A DNA stretch of 64,000 nt, from contig NIVC01000219.1 of assembly GCA_002269645.1 (NCBI GenBank), positions 1 through 64,000 of the forward strand, in the 5' to 3' direction. Shown here piece by piece: positions 12,532 to 39,895 of the stretch (within the stretch, counting starts at the first letter, position 1; each line of letters starts with the position of its first letter). The stretch comes from Macrostomum lignano. Its lineage: Eukaryota. Under the pieces are notes generated by a model. That model was not told where the DNA came from. It saw only the letters and a program-made list of their open reading frames with translations, and did no database searches. Both the position numbers and the translations under genes were made by a program.

Positions 12532-13205
12532 AAAAAACAAACAAAAACAAAATACGCGGCCCTGCTTGCAGGCACAGTTAAAGCAGGGCGCGTCAGATGG
12601 CGCGCCGCAGAGCCTGGGAGCGAACAAAGTCCGCTCCGTTGGCAGTGTCGGGCGCCCTGGAGTCGCACAGCAGGCAGTCCAGGCCTGACCCCGCCTAAAC
12701 GGGCCCTGCAAGGTGATCAGCAGGACGTCCTGAACAGGTTGGGGGCAGTAGCCCTCGGCCCGGATCACGTGGTCCGCCAGTTGAAGTCGCCGCCGGCGCA
12801 GGATGGTGGACGGGCGCTGCAGCTTGGCCCGATCTTACAGGGCCTCGGTCCCGACGCTCTCGTCAGCTCGAAAGGCCGCACGGAGCAGCCCTGAGTGCGC
12901 CGAGTCCATCTGCCGCTCCAGCGTAGCCATCAGCGTCCACGTCTCGACGTTGTAGAGCAGGACGGTTTTGACCACCGCCTGCCACAGCCGAGCCCTCTGG
13001 CGGTCGGGCAGCGCTTCGGACTGGAGGACGGCTCGGATCGAACGAAAGGCCGCCCAGGCAAGTCCTCTGCGCCGCCGGAGGTCCTCTTCCACGTGTGGCA
13101 CCAGACCGCCGAGGTAGGTGAACCGCTGGCAGCGTGCGAGCCTGGTCGTCTGCCCGTCTGCGCCGCGGCACGTCAGGTCCGCTGGGGATGTCCGCTGGGA
13201 TGCAG
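12532..13205 (-). mobile_element. 5'-truncated RTE-like LINE remnant, second copy of the same family
   Basis: Minus strand reads CQRFTYLGGLVPHVEEDLRRRRGLAWAAFRSIRAVLQSEAL..KTVLLYNVETWTL..RRRRLQL..LQGPFRRGQA, followed by a T/TTTG-rich tail near 12532-12555. Confidence 0.85.
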
Positions 13206-14013
13206 CTACGCAAGGGTCATAACAAAGACACCGATAAATACTAGTTCAAGTTTTCGCGGAAATGACACCAACCCTAATTGAAAACAAAGAAACATGCAGA
13301 AAGTCTGTCCGATTATGCCAACTGGGTGAATCAAGTTAAATACACGAAAACGATAGCTTTTATTCAACTGTTTATTTTGTTAAAATTTGAGTGTACAGCG
13401 CATGCATAATTAGACAGAAAAATGAGCTGCACAGTGGCAGCTGTGCATTTGAAACGAAGAATAAAAGAAATAATTACAAGAAAACGGTGCATCATAGGAA
13501 AATTATTGAAAATCCCGAATCGCGTGGATAATTAATATGCGAATCAAATGAACATGCATATGAGACTAGCTTGCTTGCAGATACAGGCGTACACTGAATT
13601 GAGCAAAACTGGATTTGCTGAGTTAATTGAGAAAAATACGTGCGACTAAAAACGCTAAGAATTGCAAATACTAATGGGTATTTTTATCGTTTCTGTGCAT
13701 ACATAAAATTGACACACACATGCAGTCCCCTCTGTGCCTGCATACCTGGATGCATAGCTGATCTAAATTTTAAATGCCCAAAATATAGTTTATAATTTCG
13801 GCAAGACAAACATGCTATTCATACCGAACGAATTAAGCTTTTACAAAACTGCTGAGGGGAATTAATTCATCTAGCAATCTACATATTGGAGGAGAATTTC
13901 TAGTAGGAAATTCTCGCTATAGGGAAGCAAAGTTCCCGCGGGAATGGATTTTCATCAGAGTGGACATGCTACTTGTGTGAGAGTTCTAGCAGACCCGCGG
14001 GGTCCCGCCTGCT

Positions 14014-20938
<6,925 letters not shown>

Positions 20939-21422
20939 TTTCAAGCTCAAATTTTAATGCACACAACTTTACTATAAATTTAAAAATCTATCAAGCATAT
21001 TTAATACTTTAAATAGTGGTTGCAACGATGTAACTAATCTGAAATTTAGAAAAATCTGCATCGGAAATTTAAGGGCAATTGATTTGAAGTTATTAAATGT
21101 ATTATGATATCAAAGTCAAAAAATTGCATTTCTAGTGTAAATATACTAAAATACTTTATTTAATGCAGTACTACATAAAAAAAATTAACCCATTAAATAA
21201 TTGTTACAAAAGTCTTTAGCGTTTCGGCGATTAAAAATAATAAAATTAGTTTAGTTTAAATGAAACACGGTCAATTATATAAAGTTTTGAAATGAAATGA
21301 TTATCCTTTTATTTTCTTAAATGGTTTTTTTGCTTTGCTGTTGCAGTGTTGCTTGATAAAGTGTGACGAATTGAATAGCTTTTCTTAAAATTTTACAAAC
21401 AGCAAACGGTCTGTGGCATACA
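20939..21422. promoter_or_regulatory. Candidate bidirectional promoter
   Basis: 484 bp of AT-rich sequence between the divergent ATGs at 20938 (-) and 21423 (+). Positional inference only. Confidence 0.5.
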
Positions 21423-23709
21423 ATGACGACACAATCAGGAGGTATTCAGATGCTTCTTCAGGCAGAGAAAAAGGCAAAGGAAAAAATTGACGAGGCTCGC
21501 AAAAGTAAGTTGTTTAGGTCTAACATTAACAATTAGCCGTAATTAACAATTAATTTTGTATAGTTTAAAAATATAGTATAGTAATAATAGTCTATGGTGC
21601 ATCAAAAGCAAACGATATCATAATTGGCTATCTTATGCTATTGTGTCTTTCAATTTTATTAGAGAAATCACTTAATTCTTTACAGTGACAAAGCCTAATA
21701 AGGGTATCTCATCCTAAAACTGATAATACAGTCTCATGCTTAGAGTCTAGACCTCTATATCTGTTATAATTTAGATCAAGGCCATATCAAGATTTTACTT
21801 ACTACTACTTAGCTTGTATTTTTGCTTGAAAATAAAACTTTTTATAGGCCTAGATTTCTATAATTTGCACTAGGCCTAGCCTAAGTGATCCAAAGCAAAG
21901 CCCAAAGGAAAGAATAGATTAATATATATACCTAAAAAGTCTTGCAAATTATAGCATTGAACATTGAAGCAAGTTTTAAAGCAAAAAACTTTTCAAATGT
22001 ATCAGGATATTTTAATAATATATATTTTTATTATTCTATTTTTTTTAAATAGGCCTACCCTTTTCCTATGTCTTCTATTGTTTTCCAATATAAATTTTAT
22101 CTATATAATACCTAGGCCTATCTCTTATCAATGCCTATTTTCTATCAATGTCAATTTTTATTAATGTCCATTTCTTATTAGTGCTATCTAACAATGTCTA
22201 TATTCCTTTAGTACCAATTTCTTATAAATCTTTGTCTTTTTTTTGTCTTTCTTGCCAATCTATCTTTAAATAAGTGCCTATCCTATTAGTGCCTATTTCC
22301 TATTAGTGTTAATTTTTATCAATGCACATTTTCTATTGGTGCTTATGCTTATCTCTTATCAGTATCTCTTTTTTAATTATACATCTCCTATTAGTGCCTA
22401 TTTTCTATTAATATCCTTATTAGTGCCCATGCCTATCTCCTATCAATGCCTTTTTCTTATTAGAAGGCATCTCCCATTAGTGCCCATTTCCTATTAGTTT
22501 CCATTTTCTATTGGTACCAATCTTCTATCAGTGCCTATTTTCTATCAGTGCCAATCTCCTATCAATGCCCATTTTCTATTGGTGCCAATCTCTTATCATA
22601 CATGCCCAATACACATCCAACCCATCCAAACCAAATAGGTGAAATGGCCACTGGCCAAGGTAAGTTGCAAATCAAAAATGCAAAAAATGAAAAATTGGGA
22701 GAAGAAAAAAAGGAGAAAAAGAAAAAAATGAAAGGAAAAGAAAGAGAAGAGAGAGAAAAGAAAGAAGGCAAGAAGTCATATACAAAGTAAAAATTTAGTT
22801 GCTATTGGGGGAACTAAATTGCAATCAAGAGGATCTGTTGTGAGATCCTCATGGAGATCCTCAGGAGATCCTAGGGTTGCAATTGGGAGAAACTAAGTCA
22901 CAAATTTGGACAAAACTAAGTCACACCAGACGGGTGAAATTTTGAGGTTGGGCATGTAGGTCTCCTATCAGTGCCCATTTTCTATTGGTGCCAATCTTCT
23001 ATATAAGTGCCCATTTTTTATTGGTGCCAATCTGCAATCAGTGCCCATTTTCTATCAGTTCCTATCCTATCAGTGCCCATTTTCTATTTGTGCCGATCTC
23101 CTATTAGTAAGCATCTTCTATCAGTGCCTATCTCATCAGTGCTCATCTCCCATTAGTGCTCATTTCCCATCAGTGCCCATCTCCCATCAGTGCCAAATTT
23201 CCCATGAGTGCCCATCTCCCATCAGTGCCCATCTCCCATCAGTGCCAAATTTCCCACGAGTGCCCATCTCCCATCAGTGCCCATTTTCTATCAGTGCCCA
23301 TCTCCCATCAGTGCCAAATTTCCCACGAGTGCTCATCTCCCATCAGTGCCAAATTTCCCACGAGTGCCCATCTCCCATCAGTGCCCATCTCCATGCCCAA
23401 CTGTGAGCATGACAAATGTTGAATCCCCAACCACCCGCAGACAAGCAGCGCCGATTGAAGCAGGCCAAGCAGGAGGCGGCAGCAGAGATTGACACCTTCA
23501 AAAAGGAGCGAGAACGCGAATTTAAAGAGCACGAAGCTCGCATACTGGGCTCGCGGACCGACTCGGAGAAGCTGGTTCAAGAGGAGACCAGACAGCGATT
23601 GTCGGAATTGGAGACTAGCGTTGGACAGAACAAAGAAGAAGCTATTAAACGCCTGTTGGAGTTGGTGTTCGATGTGCAGCCAAAAGTGCACGATAATTTC
23701 AAACGATAA
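21423..23709 (+). CDS. ATP6V1G: V-type proton ATPase subunit G (2 exons, 116 aa)
   Basis: Exon 21423-21504 (MTTQSGGIQMLLQAEKKAKEKIDEARK, donor GTAAGT) joins exon 23441-23709 (NKQRRLKQAKQEAAAEID..VFDVQPKVHDNFKR) in phase 1. Matches the V1 G-subunit signature GIQxLLxAEKxAxExVxEARK. Confidence 0.95.
22090..23395. repeat. Degenerate 17-19-bp repeat blocks in the V-ATPase G intron
   Basis: CCCAT(T/C)TC(C/T)(T/C)ATCAGTG-like units at ~22090-22600 and ~22960-23395, interrupted by a purine-rich tract at ~22680-22790. Confidence 0.8.
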
Positions 23710-25997
23710 TTGTTATCAAGCGGCTTTGATTCCAATATTGACTTTATGGAACAGCAGTCTGGGTTAATTATTTGCGGCGAATTTCTCTCTCAAAAGGCAT
23801 ATGTTTACAATACAAGTGATTCATATAGTTGAGCCCTGATTTTTTATCTAATAATTCTGCTAGAACAGTTTCGGTCTTCCCTTAAACGCTACGGTTGTTC
23901 TTTACCCCATTATTATTTAATGCTTCCATCAGTAGAAGATTACAAGAATTTACAACGGAGATATAGTTCATTAGTTTTTCTGTTTTATTGAAAGTTGGTT
24001 TCATTAATTAATCATTGGTTTAGCCTTCCGAAACAAATTTTATATTTTGTTTGCCAACGTATGTTTAGTTATTAACACTATTTATCATTGATTTTTTTTT
24101 GCAATGTTATTCTAGTAATTTTAAATTATTATCTCGTGGTATGGATTATTAATACCTTATGCTTATCCTGTCCCTTACAACTTCTTGTGCGCAAATTACT
24201 TCAATTATGCTGATTAGATTTCTTTTTTCGACCAGTAAAAACGTGAGATATAATTCCATTTGCAATCATTTGTTGCCTTATTTGAATTGCCAAATCTCGC
24301 GTGGAACTTCAACTTAAAATTATTTAACTAGATTAATTAAATAGTCTTTTTCTCAACTGGTTTTGAAACCCGCGAGAAAGTCGAATGTTTTGCTCACACC
24401 ACAGATACTAGAATATCAAGATTGGCCACATATACTTAGCAAAACAGCTTTCTACTTTCAATTCAGTAGCAATGAAGAATACATAAGCTATTTTATAAAA
24501 AACAAAAGCAGCTGAAATGACTTTGATAGGTTAGAAGCCAAGCTTGCAGACGTAAACAGCTTGCTAATTGGTTCAGTCATAATGTACATTAGCCACTGAC
24601 ATGTACAAGGCATATTTAGGCTGGAGCAACCAACGAAGGTAAAAAAATTGAGTGGCGGGGAAGGAGTTGAGCCACAATAAATGAGCCTTGTCTATAAAAA
24701 TAGATGAAAATGCTTCAATTAACTTACTACTGAACTATAGTGGCTCACCCGAATTTTTAAATTCTGCATAATCAAATTTAAGTCTCTAAATTAGTCTCAC
24801 ATCACGATTCGGCAGTTAAAGGAGGCATGCGCATATAAAATTTAACTACTATGGGATGGGCTATGGATATGAATTTTCGTTTGACGGAATAACTACCGAA
24901 AGGAAGAGTTACAAATAAAACGTTAATGATATGAAAACAAGAAGCTTTTGCTCACACAGAACTTAAGTTCTGTGATTGTTCACGCGCGTAGGTAGCCAAC
25001 TCGGAAAACGTTTTAACATATAAAACAAAATTTTTGTATATTTTCAAGTATATTTAATAACTAATGCGCTAATTTTTTCAAGGTATCTAAAATAGTATTT
25101 TATTTTTTCAAAAAATTGAAATAGTTTAAAATACTCTAAAACTTTACAAGCTTTAGTTCTATTTTTAATATGGTTTTCGTGACATACTTTAATAGAATTA
25201 TAGTTGCCACGACCTGCGTTTTCAGGTTATCACCTATCAATAAGCAATGTAAAATCGTCTATGGTTATTCAATATTACTATTATATATGTAGATTCTTTC
25301 CGCATAATAGGAATCTAATTGCAAGAATAATTTTGTGAGCCTTGTGCCATCGTTTGACCGTACCGTACTGTACGGTGCTGTACCGTGCTGTACCGTAGTA
25401 GTATTCGCGTAGTGGTATTGTAAGATGGACCTAGCTGTCGTTGCTGGTTAGTTTGTTACCTGGCGAAAGACCCTGATCACCCCTGAGGGATGTTAAAAGT
25501 TATCTGACTATTTTGCCTTGAAATTATTTAATGTAAGTTTAATATAAAACTTATGAGTAGAGATTAACTTTTAGATAAGATTTTATGACAGTTATTTCTT
25601 ACTCAATAATTAGATTTTAATACCAGGAATATAGCCATTCTGAACCACCATGAACTGAATCTTATTGATATCTATCTTTACTAAAAAAATTAAATTATTT
25701 TTTAAATTAATTATTTAAATGAAAATTTTAGCAAGTTAATGGCTAACATGTAAATTTACTCTGAAAGAATAATATTTTTCATTAGTATTTTTCCCTTGGA
25801 AGGTTTGTCTACTTCAAAAAATTAAATAACCTCTCTTCCAAAAAAATAAAAAAGCATTTGATAACAACCTATCAGTTAATGTTTATCAAATTATTTGTGA
25901 CATTCATAAATTATTTAAAGACTGTCTTGAATTCACATTCCAGATTGAATCTCTATTATTTATCTCCATGGCAGTTTTGTAACTATTATTAATAGCG

Positions 25998-29944
<3,947 letters not shown>

Positions 29945-30759
29945 GATTGAGATGACTCAGTCGTCTTTTTAACTACTTTGTACTATAAACTACTTTTACC
30001 AATAGAAGCAGCTTGATGATACTATAATTAGTTCTATTTTTATTGTCAGTTAGCAATATAGAATGTATAATAAAGCGCAATTAATTGGCGAAAATGATAA
30101 CGCCACAGCCAATAATTTTTGCGCCGCAGACAAGATTTTACTGCCCACTGATTTGGACACTCATCGATCCACACAAAGACTATGGAATTACTTGAATTCG
30201 TTTATTTAATAACAAAGACCTTGAAATTTCAGATTTTCATTCAGAAGTGTCATTATTTAAGACATACTGTAGATGACCACTAGTCTTTAATATATCACAT
30301 GTACATCGTTTACTACTTTTATAAGCTGCCAATTGTAATCTTTTTTCGTTTGTAATTTTACATTGATCTTGATGTAAATTATAATGCAGTTCTGAAAATC
30401 AGTATGAGATGTTACTTTATAATGCACGTAATTTTGCTTTATCAGTATGATATAATTAATCAACAAGATAAAACTGCCTGTAAAATTGCAAGCAATCTTC
30501 AAAATACTTGTGAGAAGTTGATGACGTAAAAATTAATGAAACAGCTAAAGTCAACAGTTTTATCGAGACAACAGCTGCAATGATGTCTTTAAGTCACATC
30601 TTAAATTTTGAAGATGTGACTTTTTCGCTTTGAAAATTAGATTACATGTTAACCATGTAATTAGCAAGGCGCTTGCATACATACATTTCAAAGTAAACGT
30701 ACTTCAAAATCTTGTTAAAAATGCATTGCGCTGGTAAAGCATGGAGGTTAATCGAGACC

Positions 30760-31130
30760 TCGCTCGACGACGCCATTGTCGCTCGGATGAAAAGGCGCGT
30801 GTGCAGGTCCGCAGAGCTGGCCGAATACGTCACTCTGGAAATACCCGCGCCAATTTCGTCTGGGAGGCAACGCTGTGAAGCAAAAACCACCGTCGACTTA
30901 GCAGCGTGTTCGCCACCGTCATCGCGTCTAATTGCTGCCAGGGCTGCCGCCTCCATCCATTTGGGAGAATCAGGTGCTCAGGATGCTCAGGATGTACGAA
31001 TTGCAGACAATTCTGCAAAAGACTGCTGCGTGCGTGACAGCGGTCCTTTGACGTCGATCTGCACCAGCTGCCACGGCTTCGTTAGCTCGCGTGTCAACTG
31101 CTTCCGTGCCTCCTGCGGCTTGGTAGGATT
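30760..31130 (-). pseudogene. Degraded LTR-retrotransposon (Ty3/Gypsy-like) integrase core fragment
   Basis: Across frameshifts the minus strand gives KPWQLVQIDVKGPL, YILSI..FS.WMEAAAL, TVANTLLSRRWF, CLPDEI and FHPSDNGVVER, the motif order of the rve integrase core. Confidence 0.7.
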
Positions 31131-31679
31131 CTTCCCTGCTTGCCCAACCATGGAAAAATCATGCATGAACCCGGGGCAACAACCATGCATGTTACATGCA
31201 TGATTCATGGATGTTACATGCATGGTTTAAACACATGCATGTATCTATCATGTTTTTATTCCTAATCATCGCATGTATTTTGCATGGTTTTGTCTAAACC
31301 ATACATGAATTAACCATGTTGGCCATCTAAAAACGCGGATAAATCATGGGTGTTAATTGACGTTCCTGTGTGAATTCAGCGGGAGATGACCGCGTAAATT
31401 TAGAAAAAAACTTCTGGAATATATAATTATGTAGTAAAAATGTGGCAATTATTACTGGGCAGTTAGATATGGCTAGATCGGGCATATTGTAATACATGTA
31501 CGTCCAGTTAACTATGATCTCTAAATTAGCTATACAGGTGGCCACATCACCCAGCTCTCTACGAGCGTACATGTACGTCCCCCGCAGACCGTTAAAGACG
31601 CCGATGTGATCGGTAATGGGTTAATACCAACTCCCTATGGCAGACCATGTAGAGACAGTACCCAGCTACATGTACATAC

Positions 31680-32210
31680 TTGTAAGCTGACAAGAAGTTT
31701 CTGCGGAGCGTTGCACATTCCGAAGCCCGCGTCTTACGAAAGTGCATCAGGCCGCTGGTCGAATAGAACGCCGTCTTGTACTCTCGTGCCGGTCCACCTC
31801 AGCCGATGGAGCCCTGTCCCTGTCGACAGTCAATGTTGAAGAACCAAGGACATTTGACAAGCGAGTCTATGGCTAGCTGTAGGTGCAGCAGCGAGTACGC
31901 GTATTATTGATCACGCAGGCGTTTGGGAATTTATTTGAAGGCCCGCTTGTTTGCATTGCATAACTTCTAGTGGTCCTTGGACTGACGTTGAACAAGGGCC
32001 ACTTCCCTCAAGCGGGTCGGTGCTGGCACCAGGCTACCGGCCCTCAGAAGTTTCTATGTGGCTGCCCAGCTGGTTGTTGCATGGGTACACCGCAGTAGTG
32101 CGCTGCCATTGCCTCCCAGACGAAATTCTGTACTTCGCCTGTCACTATCACCAGCATGGCTTCAGCTTCTGGTGCATTCTTCGTACCGTCCCATCCCAAT
32201 GGCCCTTAAA
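31680..32210 (+). pseudogene. Second, more degraded integrase remnant(s)
   Basis: FCGALHIPKPASYESASGRWSNRT (~31700-31770) and GPWTDVEQGPLPSSG..RCHCLPDEIL (~31970-32130). The 19-mer TTGCCTCCCAGACGAAATT is shared, inverted, with the 30760-31130 copy. Confidence 0.5.
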
Positions 32211-33659
32211 ATGCTGAGCCATATTCTCACATTGGACTATTGGAGTCGCTAAACTACATTTCTATAAGTCTAAATTCTATAATCTATAACACTATTTTGA
32301 TTTAAATCTGGCCAGACAAAAACAGTCTTCTGCATCGCAACTTTTGAAGGTCGTTTCCCAAAACTAGCACTTTGACACTTTTGACTACTTTAATACTTAT
32401 CTTTTCTCCTTCTGTACTGTAACAACAATTTCTAATATGAGTTTCTGGTGAATTGTTGAAAATTTATCCAGCTTTAAAACGAGTCTTTATTTGTTGAAAC
32501 TTCGAAATCCTATGCTCTATATATAATTTACTTAGGAAATTTGTAAAAGTGGTCACCTTTTCTTCCTATATTAGTATAAAGTTTAAGCTGAAAATCCGAT
32601 GCAACTAATCACTTCATCTGTTCTAGGACTCTGCATATTTATCTTACTGGGATTTCACTTGTCTGTCTGTGATTTTAATAGCTCGTATTTACCTACTATT
32701 ACAGTACAGACCGGTATATAAGCCCCCACGCAGCGAAAGAATCGCCTAGCCATATACTCTGATTTGGCTCTGATTCAGATTTCAGAGTAATAAAAAACAG
32801 TAAAACAAAATATTACAAACCCCAATGGCGCGGCATTAGCTAAACTTAAAAGATTTTAACTCTCTTATCATATCCCTATTAAACTTTGTCAGACTGGTCT
32901 GCCTGGCTATTTGTTCTGTTTAGTCAGATTAATGCCTCTCTCTCCCTCCACACACACACAGTTCCTCCACATTGAGTGGCCTTTCCCAAAATAATAAACC
33001 CCTTCACACCGTTCTTTACACGCACACTTGTGCTGTGCTGTGAAAAGTCGCTAAAAGGCCCTGGCTGGCAGGGGAAGGGGGAAGGAAAGGCCGGACTTGA
33101 AGCGTTCTATTTTTAGACTGCGCCATTTAGAGTGTTTCTCTACTTGTACATTCAGGAGAGAAATTTAACTATCACGTGACTAGCAATTTGCAGCGTGTGG
33201 AGGGTTTTGGCGGACACCCCCTCTATCGCTAAGTGCGCCGCATGAGTGATGCCTATCTTTCTCTTTAGTCATAAGGTCATTATAATATGTTAATAACCCC
33301 CGGCAGCGAATAGACCTCAGAGCGAGGCAATAAGACCGGGGGCTTTCTATAACACGGCCTTTGGTATCTGTCTGGTTTGTGCAGCGTTTTGACTAGTTCT
33401 GGTTTGGCCTGACGGTAGTAAAAAACAAGTGGAGTTTTTAATTGCGAAACTTTAAAACGTAAAGCTACTCTGTGAGTCAGTACTTATTGGCTACCTGATT
33501 TTTTTTGGTAAGTGCAATCGTTTTTAACTAGCCTACTTTTTGCATCCGCAATAGGCCTATTATTATTCTAGTTTACTTTATATTGAAACAGATACAGCAT
33601 AGCTTTGTATCGACTATAGGTGCGTTTAATTACGTATGTGTGGCTAATTCTGGGCCCGG

Positions 33660-35708
33660 CCCTTCTTGTCAGTGTCTCTTCAAGGCTCTCATAGGCTTTG
33701 CTGCCCGTGCCCTTCTGTCAGTGTCTCTTCAGGATTTCATAGTGCTTAGCTTTGCTGCCCCTCCTCTGTCAGTTTCCCTTCAGGGCAGGCTCTCACAGTG
33801 CTTTGCTGCCCCTCTGTCAGTTTTCCTTCAGGCTTTCATAGTGCTTTGCTGCCCCTCTGTCAGTTTTCCTTCAGGCTCTCATAGTGCTTTGCTGCCCCTC
33901 TGTCAGTTTTCCTTCAGGCTCTCATAGTGCTTTGCTGCCCCTCTGTCAGTTTTCCTTCAGGCTCTCATAGTGCTTTGCTGCCCTTGCCCTTCTGTCAGTG
34001 TCTCTTCAGGCTCTCATAGGCTTTGCTGCCCTTGCCCTTCTGTCAGTGTCTCTTCAGGCTCTCATAGGCTTTGCTGCCCCTCTGTCAGTTTTCCTTCAGG
34101 CTCTCATAGTGCTTTGCTGCCCCTCTGTCAGTTTTCCTTCAGGCTCTCATAGGCTTTGCTGCCCTTGCCCTTCTGTCAGTGTCTCTTCAGGCTCTCATAG
34201 GCTTTGCTGCCCCTCTGTCAGTTTTCCTTCAGGCTCTCATAGTGCTTTGCTGCCCCTCTGTCAGTTTTCCTTCAGGCTCTCATAGTGCTTTGCTGCCCCT
34301 CTGTCAGTTTTCCTTCAGGCTCTCATAGGCTTTGCTGCCCCTCTGTCAGTTTTCCTTCAGGCTCTCATAGGCTTTGCTGCCCTTGCCCTTCTGTCAGTGT
34401 CTCTTCAGGCTCTCATAGGCTTTGCTGCCCCTCTGTCAGTTTTCCTTCAGGCTCTCATAGTGCTTTGCTGCCCCTCTGTCAGTTTTCCTTCAGGCTCTCA
34501 TAGGCTTTGCTGCCCCTCTGTCAGTTTTCCTTCAGGCTCTCATAGGCTTTGCTGCCCTTGCCCTTCTGTCAGTGTCTCTTCAGGCTCTCATAGGCTTTGC
34601 TGCCCCTCTGTCAGTTTTCCTTCAGGCTCTCATAGGCTTTGCTGCCCTTGCCCTTCTGTCAGTGTCTCTTCAGGCTCTCATAGGCTTTGCTGCCCCTCTG
34701 TCAGTTTTCCTTCAGGCTCTCATAGTGCTTTGCTGCCCCTCTGTCAGTTTTCCTTCAGGCTCTCATAGTGCTTTGCTGCCCCTCTGTCAGTTTTCCTTCA
34801 GGCTCTCATAGTGCTTTGCTGCCCTTGCCCTTCTGTCAGTGTCTCTTCAGGCTCTCATAGGCTTTGCTGCCCTTGCCCTTCTGTCAGTGTCTCTTCAGGC
34901 TCTCATAGGCTTTGCTGCCCCTCTGTCAGTTTTCCTTCAGGCTCTCATAGTGCTTTGCTGCCCCTCTGTCAGTTTTCCTTCAGGCTCTCATAGGCTTTGC
35001 TGCCCTTGCCCTTCTGTCAGTGTCTCTTCAGGCTCTCATAGGCTTTGCTGCCCCTCTGTCAGTTTTCCTTCAGGCTCTCATAGTGCTTTGCTGCCCCTCT
35101 GTCAGTTTTCCTTCAGGCTCTCATAGTGCTTTGCTGCCCCTCTGTCAGTTTTCCTTCAGGCTCTCATAGGCTTTGCTGCCCCTCTGTCAGTTTTCCTTCA
35201 GGCTCTCATAGGCTTTGCTGCCCTTGCCCTTCTGTCAGTGTCTCTTCAGGCTCTCATAGGCTTTGCTGCCCCTCTGTCAGTTTTCCTTCAGGCTCTCATA
35301 GTGCTTTGCTGCCCCTCTGTCAGTTTTCCTTCAGGCTCTCATAGGCTTTGCTGCCCCTCTGTCAGTTTTCCTTCAGGCTCTCATAGGCTTTGCTGCCCTT
35401 GCCCTTCTGTCAGTGTCTCTTCAGGCTCTCATAGGCTTTGCTGCCCCTCTGTCAGTTTTCCTTCAGGCTCTCATAGGCTTTGCTGCCCTTGCCCTTCTGT
35501 CAGTGTCTCTTCAGGCTCTCATAGGCTTTGCTGCCCCTCTGTCAGTTTTCCTTCAGGCTCTCATAGTGCTTTGCTGCCCCTCTGTCAGTTTTCCTTCAGG
35601 CTCTCATAGTGCTTTGCTGCCCCTCTGTCAGTTTTCCTTCAGGCCCTCATAGGCTTTGCTGCCCCTCTGTCAGTTTTCCTTCAGGCTCTCATAGTGCTTT
35701 GCTGCCCC
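33660..35708. repeat. 41/47-bp minisatellite with an 841-bp higher-order duplication, in the putative CtBP 5'UTR intron
   Basis: Unit CTGCCCCTCTGTCAGTTTTCCTTCAGGCTCTCATAG(T/G)GCTTTG; identical ORF calls recur at offset 841 (33970/34811, 34285/35126, 34397/35238). Confidence 0.96.
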
Positions 35709-35860
35709 TCGGCATCCCCTGTTTTTTTCAGGTGGCTCTTCTTTCTATCCACCCTATCTGTGAAGTAAAATATTTTAATAATCAGCATTACTAGCACTAA
35801 ATAGAGTGATTATTTTTGACGATCAAATTAAATTTTCAGATTTGCCGCCAGTATAAGTAA

Positions 35861-39766
<3,906 letters not shown>

Positions 39767-39895
39767 TTGATGCAAGGATTCTGCCCGCTGCCCCCTGCGT
39801 GTGCTTACTTCTATAGGTACTGGGACTTGAAAGTGCGTTTGTCCACTGTGTTTTGTGTTGTGTTTTATTTATCTGTTTGTTCGTTTTTTATTTAG

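Noticed and set aside
25456-25495. U1 snRNA-like TTACCTGGC..TGATCAC
   Set aside because: Similarity is limited to two short words; no U1 stem-loops II-IV or downstream Sm site.
33296-33356. CCCCCGG..CCGGGGG hairpin upstream of CtBP as a possible ncRNA
   Set aside because: Only a 7-bp stem around an unstructured loop, with no family motif.
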